Source of the DNA: an uncultured Pseudomonadota bacterium
Lineage (GTDB): Bacteria; Myxococcota_A; Polyangia; Nannocystales; Nannocystaceae
NCBI GenBank assembly: GCA_963799255.1
Contig: CAWCWO010000015.1
Span: 1,453 to 65,452 of the forward strand
Direction: 5' to 3'
Length of the DNA stretch: 64,000 bases
A model generated the notes under the pieces. It was not told the DNA's origin and ran no database searches. It worked only from the letters and a program-made list of their open reading frames with translations. Of the stretch, positions 36,851 to 45,576 are shown piece by piece (positions within the stretch are counted from its first letter, which is position 1; each line of letters opens with the position of its first letter). A program made the position numbers and the translations under genes.

Positions 36851-37300
36851 CGAGCTGTCGCAGTCGGTCACTGGCCTCGCGAAATCGAAATCGTACTCGG
36901 CTCGACCTCTTCATCACTCTCGAACGTCGTGGTCACAAGGTACCTCCCGGCGTCGAGAGGAAGCCCAAATAGCACCCCGCCCGCCTCAAGATCATGGGTG
37001 TACGAGAACTCCTCGCCCGCACGCGCACTGGCACACACGCGTCTCAAGGCCGGCCAGGTGCGGCGCTTGTCCGAGTCGCGAGTGAGCATCCGGGTGGGTT
37101 TCAGGTAGATGCCCCCACCGATGCGGATGAGCACACTGACGACCAGAGCCACGTTGATCCACAGCATGGCAGTGATGTCGACGGCACGAACTCGCAGCAG
37201 GACTCTGCTCGTGAGCAGCTTCGTCGACTCGCTCCTCCTGTGGGAGCATGTTGTGATTTCGTCACACATCGCATGGGCTCAACTGCAAGACCCGACTACA

Positions 37301-38083
37301 ATGGCGGGCACAATGGCGGGCACAATGGCGACGAAAGCGAGAGGAAGCCACGCGCATGCAGCCTCCGCGGCCGTCGGCGCGCTGTGCATGACCGCAGCCG
37401 GCTGCTACTCGACGTACGCACCACCCCTGCAGGGTGCACACGCAGGGGCGCCGGCGCGGGTGTCCGAAGGGGATGTCGCCGTCGGGGCCGCGGTCACCGG
37501 GATCGCAGCCGCCGCCATCGGGGGTCCGTCGCTGAGCTACGGAGTCCGAGACTGGGTCGCGATGGAGGCCGGCGGCAACATCTCGCACGGATCCTGGGGG
37601 ATGGGCTGGGTCGGTCCAAGGTTCACGTATGCACCTCGCCGCTACGCCAAGAACTACTTCGCCGCCGACCTCCACCTTGCCACAGGGGCTGGTTGGGGAG
37701 GCGAGCGGTGCGGCAACCCTCAGTCCGAGTCGTTGCCGCGACCCGCAACGGCCGACTGCGTCGACGCGGATGGCCGCAGCAGTCTCGACCGAATCGCCGG
37801 CGGAGGCGCGCTCGGGGTCGGAGCCGCGGGCCACTTCAGCTTCTTCTCCGTGTACGGACGAGTCCGCAGCCAGCTCACCGCAGCCACCCACGTACCTGCG
37901 ACCTACTGGGGCTCCGCAGGCGCCGGCGTGCAGTTTCGGATCGCACACAGCGTGGATTTGTACGCTCAGGGAACCGCGGGCGGCTACGTCAACCGCTACG
38001 ACGACGGCCGCTTCTACTTGTATGAACTCGGCATCGCCGTGCGGTTTTCGACGCGGAACTGGCGTCTGGGAAGTGGCCGCTGA
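37301..38083 (+). CDS. Gly/Ala/Tyr-rich lipoprotein, possibly outer-membrane beta-barrel-like
   Basis: 'AAVGALCMTAAGC' lipobox. Composition is rich in G/A/Y/S, ending '...YELGIAVRF'. Three in-frame ATGs lie in a 12-nt repeat (37301, 37313, 37325). Confidence 0.45.
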   Translation: MAGTMAGTMATKARGSHAHAASAAVGALCMTAAGCYSTYAPPLQGAHAGAPARVSEGDVAVGAAVTGIAAAAIGGPSLSYGVRDWVAMEAGGNISHGSWGMGWVGPRFTYAPRRYAKNYFAADLHLATGAGWGGERCGNPQSESLPRPATADCVDADGRSSLDRIAGGGALGVGAAGHFSFFSVYGRVRSQLTAATHVPATYWGSAGAGVQFRIAHSVDLYAQGTAGGYVNRYDDGRFYLYELGIAVRFSTRNWRLGSGR

Positions 38084-38150
38084 AGCGCTCCTCTCGTTCC
38101 CCGTCCCGGCGGAGGTGCGCCTCACCGGGCGCGAGTCACCAGAACTTCCA

Positions 38151-38864
38151 CTATGGGTTCTTCGCCCCTGGAGCGGGCTCTGGGCTTGGAACCGCCGGCG
38201 GGCTGTAGGGCGCGCAGTGTGCTGCAGCCATTGCGGTGAGCTCTCTGTCGAGCGACGTTGCGTGGCCGCGGGGTCTGAGCATCAGCTCGTCCGCGATGCT
38301 GGTGCGAGCCTCGGGGTTCTCGATCACCGCGGCCAACTCCCGCGGGTGCAGCAACGTGATCGCGATGAAGCGCACCATCCCGTCATCGGTTTCGAATTCG
38401 GAAGGGCACTCGGGAATGCTGAGACCCAAAAGCATTCCGACCCGTCCCGTGTGGCTTCGCCAAGCGTCGGGGAGTCCGGCGCCGGATGTTTCGAATGTGG
38501 GCGTCGCTGCCTCCGCGAACATGTCCTCGAGGCTGCTGCCTGAGCTGATGGACCACTGTGCAACCCGCGCGATGAGCGGAAAGACCCAGGGGTCGCTGCC
38601 GTGGTTCTCATCGACCTCGAGGACGAACTCGTAGCCGTAGCCGGGTCTTCCAGGGTCGTCCCAAGGGTGGCCAAGGCCTGCAGTCGAAAGGACGACCCGC
38701 CCTGGGGCTCGGATGTACTGAAAGGCGCGACCAGCCGGCCAGAACGGCGGGCCTTCATCGATGCGAGCGCGGAGCACGTGCGGGTCCAAGGTTCCGAGCT
38801 GAGAGGCGGCGGCGCGCATGGCTCTCCAGTAACGCAGGGAGCGAGTTTGGTCGTCGTCGGTCAT
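38151..38864 (-). CDS. SUFU (suppressor-of-fused)-like domain protein, immunity-protein-like
   Basis: 'LSTAGLGHPWDDPGRPGYGYEFVLEVDE...DPWVFPLIARVAQW' resembles the bacterial SUFU-like domain ('G-GfEl' core). ATG at 38864. Confidence 0.4.
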   Translation of the reverse strand: MTDDDQTRSLRYWRAMRAAASQLGTLDPHVLRARIDEGPPFWPAGRAFQYIRAPGRVVLSTAGLGHPWDDPGRPGYGYEFVLEVDENHGSDPWVFPLIARVAQWSISSGSSLEDMFAEAATPTFETSGAGLPDAWRSHTGRVGMLLGLSIPECPSEFETDDGMVRFIAITLLHPRELAAVIENPEARTSIADELMLRPRGHATSLDRELTAMAAAHCAPYSPPAVPSPEPAPGAKNP

Positions 38865-38960
38865 GGGAGAACGTAGAGCCGGACGCGGTGCCGGGAAGAT
38901 CGGCCCTGTCCGCAAGTCTGTCAGGGTTTCTGGAATCGCCGAGGTCCCGCGAGCTTCCGC

Positions 38961-39641
38961 TCAGCGCCCGAAGAGTCGAGCGAGCCAACCCTTGGGCTTC
39001 GCGCGCTTGGACTCATGGGCCGCGGACTCTCGGACAGTGGACTCTTCGCGAACCCGAATCGGAGCGACAGGGTACATCAAGGACTCGACGCCGATGAGTT
39101 TGAGGTCATGCTCGGACATCGGAGGAGTCGTAGCGCCGTCCAGCAGCACGCGCTCGCGGAACACCCGTTGTTCGAGATCGCTGTAGAAGGCAAGTCCATC
39201 CGGATCGAGCTCGCCCTCTTCGTTCCACACGTCTTCCGGAATATGGCCGTCGACCACCTCCGCCTCCCAGGCCTGCACCGCGTCTCCGCGGACATGCCAC
39301 GTGCCTTCGCCGCCGTCCAGGTAGCGAATGCAACGCCCGGACTCGAAGACACGAACCGAGATTCCCGGTGCCGAGTTTGTCCCGAACACAGCCATGACAC
39401 GACACTCAAGCGCTTCGCTGAGCTCCGCCTCACGGGTCGCTCGGAGCGTCTCGTTGACGAACGTGTCGAGAGCGTCAGCGCTTTCAGGCTCCAGATGCTC
39501 GGGGTAGTCGTCGTAGTAGTCGACCAAGCCCAGCCACGGAACGTTCGGGTCGTGCGAGACAAACGACGTCACTTTCGCGACTGTGTTGGCGCGAAGATCC
39601 TCAATTGTCGTTTGTGCGAAGAGCCCCCAAAAGAATCCCAC
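38961..39641 (-). CDS. Acidic hypothetical protein (226 aa), no recognised domain
   Basis: Clean ORF in tandem with the SUFU-like gene (45-nt gap). GTG start. Confidence 0.45.
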   Translation of the reverse strand: MGFFWGLFAQTTIEDLRANTVAKVTSFVSHDPNVPWLGLVDYYDDYPEHLEPESADALDTFVNETLRATREAELSEALECRVMAVFGTNSAPGISVRVFESGRCIRYLDGGEGTWHVRGDAVQAWEAEVVDGHIPEDVWNEEGELDPDGLAFYSDLEQRVFRERVLLDGATTPPMSEHDLKLIGVESLMYPVAPIRVREESTVRESAAHESKRAKPKGWLARLFGR

Positions 39642-40680
39642 GTCAGGATCCTATCACGATTCTAGCCGGGCACCTAGACCGTCAGGAAAGGTCTCCGGGC
39701 GGTTCGACGACGAGGCGGGCGATTGTTGCCGGCGGCCCAGCAAAGCGTTCGGGGAGTGCCGCGTTCGGCATGGTTCGGACGCCGACCAGTACTTTTTGGT
39801 GTTCACCAACCCCTTTGGGACGCTGCAAGGGGCAATCCTGGACGCCGATGGCACCGAGCTCGACTACTTCCCGAACTTGCTGCCCAACGACGTCGCCTCC
39901 AACCCGCGGATCGCCTACCGCCCAGGAGACGATCAGTACGTGTTCACGGCCAAGGTTACCGGTGGGGTGAGTGAAGGGGTCGTGGCCCGAGGGCTCGATG
40001 CCGACGGTGGGGGCGTGTGGATTCACCGCCCGGGTTTCGCGGGCTCCATCGAGACCCCCGACGTCATGGGGGACACCTTCGCCAACTGCTGCACGCTGGT
40101 CACTTGGAAGCAGAATAGTGGAGCGATCCACGGCCAGCGGTACAACGCAGCCGGGGTGCCACAAGGAGTCTCATTCCCGATTGTTCCCGACTCCGGCACG
40201 ACTGGACCTTGAGCCTACAATGCTCGCATCGCGTACAAGCGCGCCCCCGGAGACGACTTCGTCGTGGTCTGGGAGCTGGCCCACAACAACCAGCCCGGGC
40301 TGATCCAGGCGCGAGTGGTCGAGCCACTCAGCGGGTCGCTCGGGCCGATCGTCGAACTCGCGCAGACCGACGCCCGGCCGTGGGCGCGACTCGGCCAACG
40401 GTTCCCCGGAGGCGTCGACATCGCGTACGACGAAACGCAGGACCACTTCTACGTGGCATGGCGAGACGAGAACGAGGTCGTGTTGCATCGGGCCCCTGCG
40501 AGCCTGACCGGAGGGTTCGACACCATCGTGTTCTCGGAGCCCGGGAACTGGAGTCTGCGAGGGGGCACGCCCGAGGTGGTCGTGGCTGACGGCTACGGCA
40601 AGACGTACGTGTCTCACCCTGTCTCCATCGCCGACCTTTTTGGACCCGGCACCAACATCCACTTCGTCAACGGTGCGTAG
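39583..40680 (+). pseudogene. Repeat protein (paralogue family of 44005-45576) interrupted by an in-frame TGA and lacking an N-terminal signal
   Basis: ORFs 39583-40212 and 40264-40680 are in the same frame, separated only by the TGA at 40210-40212. The repeat units 'NPRIAYRPGDDQYVFTAKV', 'NARIAYKRAPGDDFVVVWEL' and 'GVDIAYDETQDHFYVAWRDE' run across the stop. Confidence 0.55.
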
Positions 40681-40932
40681 TTCACCGCCTCAGGAAGCTT
40701 CGGATGGAGCTCCTTGTCCACGGGGTGGTCCAACGAAGCAAGCGACAACGTCGTTGCCGGGTTCAGCCCGGTCATGGCCACCGTGTTCGGCGTCTTCGAG
40801 CGGGACCGCCCCGCCGCGGCTCCTGGGTTGGATGATCTTTGGATGTCCTTCGACAACGTTCCATAGCCCCCGCGTCTGGCGAGTGGGTGTCCAACCGGAG
40901 CTGCACAGCCCTCGGTTGATCGCCGACCAGTC

Positions 40933-41652
40933 TCAGATGAAGCCGCAGTCGCCGTTGCAGAAGTCTCGCAGGTCGGTGTCTCCGATGAACCCGCAGCTTC
41001 CGGTGCACAGATCGCGCATGTCGCCGTCATCGATGAATCCGCAGTCGCCGTTGCAGAAGTCCCGCAGGTCGGTGTCGTCGATGAAGCCGCAGTCGCCATT
41101 GCAGAAGTCCCGCAGGTCGGTGTCGCCGATGAAGCCGCAGTCGTCGCTGCAGAAGTCCCGCAGGTCGGTGTCGTCGATGAAGCCGCAGTCGCCGTCACAC
41201 ATGTCGTTGCCGTCGCCCGACGAGCCGTTCATGAAGTACCAAGCCGCCGCCCTTCGCCGTATGGCATCGAGGTCGTCGTCGCCGGCCGTGGCGGATCCTG
41301 CCGAAGTCGCTGCGCCCGTGCTCGCGGTCTGCGTCGTTCCACCCATGCCATCGTTCGCGGTGTCCGCCCCCGTGCTTCCGCTGCCCGGCGGGCCTGTGGC
41401 TGGGCCCGGGCCGTCCTCGCCATCGCCGGGGTTCCAGCCGCTGCTGGTCCCGATGCCCGTCGAAGTGTCACCTGCGGCGTCCGCGGTCGCGACGGATCCG
41501 GTCCCGCCATCCACGCCCCCGGTGGATGACGTGGCAGAGCCCCCACCGCTCGGGTCGGCCGTGAACATCGGCGAGCCTCCATCCGGTTCGATCGGCGCGC
41601 ACGCCAGCACGGTGACGACGATGGCGAGCAGCGACGTGCGAGAGGCGTGCAC
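40933..41652 (-). CDS. Lipoprotein with a Gly/Ser/Thr linker and six C-terminal 16-aa Cys/Asp repeats (DCGFIxDTDLRDFCxG)
   Basis: GTG at 41652 gives 'VHASRTSLLAIVVTVLAC' (lipobox). The C-terminus is 'CDGDCGFIDDTDLRDFCSDDCGFIGDTDLRDFCNGDCGFIDDTDLRDFCNGDCGFIDDGDMRDLCTGSCGFIGDTDLRDFCNGDCGFI'. Confidence 0.6.
   Translation of the reverse strand: MHASRTSLLAIVVTVLACAPIEPDGGSPMFTADPSGGGSATSSTGGVDGGTGSVATADAAGDTSTGIGTSSGWNPGDGEDGPGPATGPPGSGSTGADTANDGMGGTTQTASTGAATSAGSATAGDDDLDAIRRRAAAWYFMNGSSGDGNDMCDGDCGFIDDTDLRDFCSDDCGFIGDTDLRDFCNGDCGFIDDTDLRDFCNGDCGFIDDGDMRDLCTGSCGFIGDTDLRDFCNGDCGFI
40936..41215 (-). repeat. 48-bp tandem repeat, about 5.8 copies (coding)
   Basis: Units start at 40936, 40984, 41032, 41080, 41128 and 41176. 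Example unit: 'gatgaagccgcagtcgccgttgcagaagtcccgcaggtcggtgtcgtc'. Confidence 0.9.
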
Positions 41653-41767
41653 CCCTGAAGTATACGCGGCCCCACAACCCCGCTGAGCCGCTCCACAGCC
41701 GTCCTGGGTGGATTCGTCCAGATTGAGTGGCCGGCGGTATCCGGGTAGATTCGCGCCAAGGCGCCCA

Positions 41768-42211
41768 GTGAAACGACGGGTCTCGATCATCTTTTGCGCG
41801 ACTTTGCTTGCCTGCGGCGGCGACGACAACAGTGAGCCGGCAGGGTCGACGGCCGCGGTCACCTCCACGGGAGCCGCAGCAACAACGGTCGCCTCCTCAA
41901 CCGGAAGCGGCAGTTCTTCCAGCGCGGGGTCCTCGGGAGTCGCGACCTCTTCGACAGGCGGAAGCTCATCGAGCTCCTCATCAGGCGGGGCCGGGTCGAG
42001 CACCACCGTTGCCGGTGAGTGTTCCAACCTCGGCACGTCTTGCTCGTTCATCCCGTGTTGCGACGGGTTGTTTTGCAGCGCGACGATTTGTACCGAGACA
42101 CAGGAGTGCGCGCAGAAGGGCCAGTTCTGCAACGCGGCGCCGTGCTGCGACGGCCTCGCCTGCGAGGAGCCGGGCCCGCGCTGTGCCCCGCCAGCGGCGG
42201 TGCCGGAGTAG
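41768..42211 (+). CDS. Lipoprotein with a Ser/Gly linker and two tandem knottin-like (C-C-CC-C-C) cystine motifs
   Basis: 'RRVSIIFCATLLACGG' lipobox. 'CSNLGTSCSFIPCCDGLFCSATIC' and 'CAQKGQFCNAAPCCDGLACEEPGPRC'. Alternative GTG start at 41708. Confidence 0.6.
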   Translation: MKRRVSIIFCATLLACGGDDNSEPAGSTAAVTSTGAAATTVASSTGSGSSSSAGSSGVATSSTGGSSSSSSSGGAGSSTTVAGECSNLGTSCSFIPCCDGLFCSATICTETQECAQKGQFCNAAPCCDGLACEEPGPRCAPPAAVPE

Positions 42212-42281
42212 GAGGCCTCGTGTCCGTGGCAAGACGATCGTTTGACCGAGGGCGAGCACGAGACGTGGGACACAGAAATTC

Positions 42282-42307
42282 CCCCTCCGGAGAATGCCGG
42301 AGCGGGG
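42282..42307. terminator. Hairpin between convergent genes (possible bidirectional terminator)
   Basis: 'cccc-ctccgg' / 'ccggag-c-gggg' gives a 10-bp stem with one bulge and loop 'agaatg'. T-containing tracts follow on both strands. Confidence 0.35.
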
Positions 42308-42376
42308 TTGGCTGGCTTGTGATGGATGAGGAAGTCGAGCGGGCGCTTGTCTCACGCCGAGCTCGGGAGGAGAGAA

Positions 42377-42709
42377 CTAGCCGGCGCTGGGCGGGCCACC
42401 CTTGCCGGAGCGCTTGCCCTTGCCGCCGCGCTTGCCCTTGCCTTCGCAGTCGCCTTTGCGGCCTTTGCGGCCCTTGCGGGCGGCCTTCATTTCGGCGCGG
42501 GTCAGCTCGCCGTCGCTGTCGGCATCGATCGTGGAGAAGCGTGCTTCGAGCTTGGTGCCCGCGACTTCGGCCGCGCTGAGAGTGCCGCTGCCATCGGCGT
42601 CGTAACGCTCCATCTTGCTGGGCTTGTCGCCACGTTTGCGCTCGGGGGCGTCGGTGGGAGCGGCGAAGAGGAGGGAGGCGGGGACGAGGATTTGGAAGAG
42701 AGCGTTCAT
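42377..42709 (-). CDS. Small secreted EF-hand calcium-binding protein with a Lys/Gly/Arg-rich tail
   Basis: Signal 'MNALFQILVPASLLFAAP'. EF loops 'DADGSGTLSAAE' and 'DADSDGELTRAE'. Tail 'RKGRKGRKGDCEGKGKRGGKGKRSGKG'. Confidence 0.7.
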   Translation of the reverse strand: MNALFQILVPASLLFAAPTDAPERKRGDKPSKMERYDADGSGTLSAAEVAGTKLEARFSTIDADSDGELTRAEMKAARKGRKGRKGDCEGKGKRGGKGKRSGKGGPPSAG

Positions 42710-43128
42710 CGATTCGTTTCCTACACACTCAACCTGAACCCGCCCGCGGTGTTCCGCCGCCCCGCTTGCGTCGGGCTTTCGATGGGGCCGCGTTTGTAAA
42801 GCGGGGGTGGGTGTGTGAGCGCCACGTAAACGCGGAGCCCCGGCGATCCCCGGAGTAGGTCGGGCGAAGTGATCGGTGCTCGGCGCCTCGGCACACCGCT
42901 TTGTGCCGAGGATGGTGCGGCTCGGCTCTATCACCCGATTGCATCGGGGATCTTTGGGCGGCCGCAGTACGGGGTGCTTCTCAAGGACTTCGAGGAAGTG
43001 GCGTGGTCAGGTGAACGAGCGCTCTCGGGAATGGGCCACTTGGTGATCCGGGCTTGCGTGCGGTGATGTCGAGCTGACGAGGTTCGTGTCCGTGCAGGCG
43101 CAATGACCCCACAGGGAGCCGGGGAGCC

Positions 43129-44017
43129 TCAGCGATCGAAGAGCTGGTCCAGCGTCTCGATCGAAGCCGCACGAACGGCGAGCGCGTCGAGTTCGTCAAC
43201 GTCGGAGTCCATCAGCCGCTCCCGGAAGTCTGCGTCGAGGTGAAATCCGCGTGCCTCGATCAGGACCTCGAGCAACTGGAGCTTGCCCTCTACCTTGCCC
43301 TCTACCCTCCCCTTCGCCTCGCCCTCGGCGATCAAGCGACGGAAGGTGGAGCTTTGGTACTCGTACTTGCTTTTCAGCTTCAGCGTCATTTCCTGCTCCA
43401 AAGCTCTGCCGGCCGCGGCGTCGAGATGGTGAAAGACCATGTCATAGTACAGGGATGACCGTGGGGCGCATGACGCACGTGCCCCGACCATCGAGGTCGA
43501 TGGGCTCGGCGCACCAGCGCGCGACACCCGGGTCGGGGGCGAGCACGACGACCATCGCCGGGCAGCGGTACTGCGCGCGGAGGACGGCTTGGTAGGCAGG
43601 CCAGGTTCGGCGTTTGTCCGAGTCGCGGGTGAGCTGCACCTCGAAGATCATCATCATCGTTGGCTTGTCGAAGCCGTTGGGGACGAACTCGACCACGAGG
43701 TCGGCCCGGTACTCGGGGGGTTGGATCTCGCTGTAGCTTTGGTCTCGGGTGCGGAGTTGGAGGTCCGCAGGCATGGGCTCGCCGGTCGCCCATTCGGCGA
43801 TGCTGCGCGTCATGGCCTCGCTCTCGCGGACCATGGCGACCTGCACCTCGTGAAGCTGCGACGGCATCCGGGGCGGAACGTAGTGCGTGGGTTGGTGTTC
43901 GGCGAAAGAAAAGCGGGCGGAGGTGCAGGTGCGAACCGATCCGGCCTTGGCCGGTTTCCGCTCGGGTACGGCGCCGGCCAGCGTCTTTGCGGTTGCGGCG
44001 AGGCTCACCCGCAGCAA
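43129..44017 (-). pseudogene. Rpn-family/PD-(D/E)xK putative transposase-nuclease with DUF4351 C-terminus, frameshifted
   Basis: ORF 43442-44017 reads '...YRADLVVEF...IFEVQLTRDSDKRRTWPAYQAVLRAQYRCPAMVVVLAPD'. ORF 43129-43527 is in another frame and reads 'YEYQSSTFRRLIAEGEAKGRVEGKVEG...' (DUF4351-like). The junction suggests an internal deletion with a frameshift. Confidence 0.55.
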
Positions 44018-45576
44018 AGATCAGCGGTACCGTCGTCGTCGTTGTCCGCCCGATACACCCGCGAGCGTGCTGCGCCGCTGTCATCGCGAAGCCAGGAGAC
44101 CGCGAGACTGTCGGAGCACGAACTCGTGGCGAGCTGCGGGGTGGTCAGCAGGAGGTGCTCGCCGGCGATGACTTCTTCGTCCATGAGGGGCTCGGCGTTG
44201 GCGTCGAAGGTGCGCACCCAGCCGGTCAAGAGTTGGTCGATGGTGTAGGCGACGGCGATGTTGCCGTCGGCGTTGATGCCTACGCTGACCGGCGGGACGT
44301 GGCGCTCGCGGGGATGGTCGACGTAGATGGGGCCGTGCTGGTTGACCTGGGCGACTCCGAGGAGCTGGCCGCTCGTGTCATAGGCGTGCAGGAAGCCGTC
44401 GTCCGAGTCGTTTGAAACCCAGGTGACGGCAAAGCGTCCGTCGCTGGCCATGTCGACGTCGCAGGGGCTGGTGGTCGCAACGTCGGGGTCTGAGACGGGC
44501 CATGCGTCCTCGAGGGGCGTGCCGTCCTGGTTGAAGCGGCGCGCGTAGCAGAGCGGGTCGTCTTCGGTGGTCCAGGAGGCGATGAAGTTGCCCTGGGCGT
44601 CGGTGGCGACGTTGGGGCGCACGATGACGACGTGCTCGGCGGGGCTCACTTGGATGGGTTCGCCGCTGGGCGATCCGTCGGGCGCGAATGCTTGCGCCCA
44701 AACCGAGGGCGAGGCGAACTGCTCGGGGGTCCAAGCAACGACGAAGGAGCCGTCTTCGGAGATGTCGACGGCTGGGGACAAGCTCCCGAGGTAGTGCGCG
44801 GGTGGGCTGGCGAGGGTGAGTGCGCCCAGGGGTCGACCGCTGGAGTCGAACTTGCGGACGAACGGGCCTTCAGCGTTGGAGTCGGAGCCGAGGTATGCGG
44901 CGACGAGTTCGCCAGCTGCGTTGGCTGCGATTGCGGGGGCTTCTGTGACGAAGTGGGACGGGCCGCTGACCTGGAGCATCTCGCCGAGGGCGTCTCCGGT
45001 GGGCTCGTATCGCTGGAGGTAGACGCCGAAGGTGTTCTTCGACCCGGATGTCCAGGCGACGGTGTATCGGCCGTCGGCGTCGATGGCGATCGCGGGAGGG
45101 CCGGCGTGGTGCTCCGGAGGGCTGGCGCGTTGGTGGTCGTCGGGCAGGAGGTGGCGCCAGTTCCCGAGGTCGCCGCACGCGGTTGGGGCGACGCACTCGA
45201 GGGTGTCGGGGTCGCAGGCGGCTGGTTGGCAATCGTCGTTGGAAGCGCAACCTTGACCGAGGCCACAGGTGTTGGGGCAGTCGCCGCCGCAGTCGATGTC
45301 TGTCTCCGAGCCGTTGTGGATTCCGTCATCGCAGGCGGGTGCGGGGCCGCTCGAGAAGGAGGCGTCGGTTGTTTCGCAGGCGCCCGGGGCCGGGCATGTG
45401 TCTGTCGAGGGAGTGACGGCGGTGGTCGAGGACTCGTTGTCGGCCTGGGTTGTTGTGGGGTCTGTGGTGCTCGAGGTCTCGTCCGCGGCGGGGGATTCGG
45501 AACCGCATGCGGGGGAGAGGAGGAGGGACGCGAGGAAAGCACCGCGGTGTGTGAGGGTGGCCGAAGAGCGGGTCAT
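44005..45576 (-). CDS. Lipoprotein with an N-terminal Cys-rich module and six ~40-aa beta-repeat units (DxxGxFxVxW type)
   Basis: Lipobox 'LLLSPAC'. 'CDDGIHNGSETDIDCGGDC'. Repeats 'DADGRYTVAWTS', 'NAAGELVAAYLG', 'SEDGSFVVAWTP', 'DAQGNFIASWTT', 'ASDGRFAVTWVS', 'NADGNIAVAYTI'. Confidence 0.7.
   Translation of the reverse strand: MTRSSATLTHRGAFLASLLLSPACGSESPAADETSSTTDPTTTQADNESSTTAVTPSTDTCPAPGACETTDASFSSGPAPACDDGIHNGSETDIDCGGDCPNTCGLGQGCASNDDCQPAACDPDTLECVAPTACGDLGNWRHLLPDDHQRASPPEHHAGPPAIAIDADGRYTVAWTSGSKNTFGVYLQRYEPTGDALGEMLQVSGPSHFVTEAPAIAANAAGELVAAYLGSDSNAEGPFVRKFDSSGRPLGALTLASPPAHYLGSLSPAVDISEDGSFVVAWTPEQFASPSVWAQAFAPDGSPSGEPIQVSPAEHVVIVRPNVATDAQGNFIASWTTEDDPLCYARRFNQDGTPLEDAWPVSDPDVATTSPCDVDMASDGRFAVTWVSNDSDDGFLHAYDTSGQLLGVAQVNQHGPIYVDHPRERHVPPVSVGINADGNIAVAYTIDQLLTGWVRTFDANAEPLMDEEVIAGEHLLLTTPQLATSSCSDSLAVSWLRDDSGAARSRVYRADNDDDGTADLCCG

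Noticed and set aside
36868-37269. 133-aa minus-strand ORF considered as a real gene.
   Set aside because: The only recognisable piece is a 12-aa motif shared with the Rpn-family pseudogene. The rest has atypical composition and overlaps the start region of the lipoprotein ORF. It is treated as a gene remnant (see the finding at 37052-37087).
40210-40212. TGA considered as a selenocysteine or programmed read-through codon.
   Set aside because: I could not identify a convincing SECIS-like hairpin immediately downstream. The gene also lacks a proper 5' end, so plain pseudogenisation is more parsimonious.
40936-41215. A regular 48-bp repeat array considered as a CRISPR array or other non-coding array.
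   Set aside because: The repeats are contiguous with no spacers, in frame, and encode a coherent 16-aa unit within a lipoprotein ORF.
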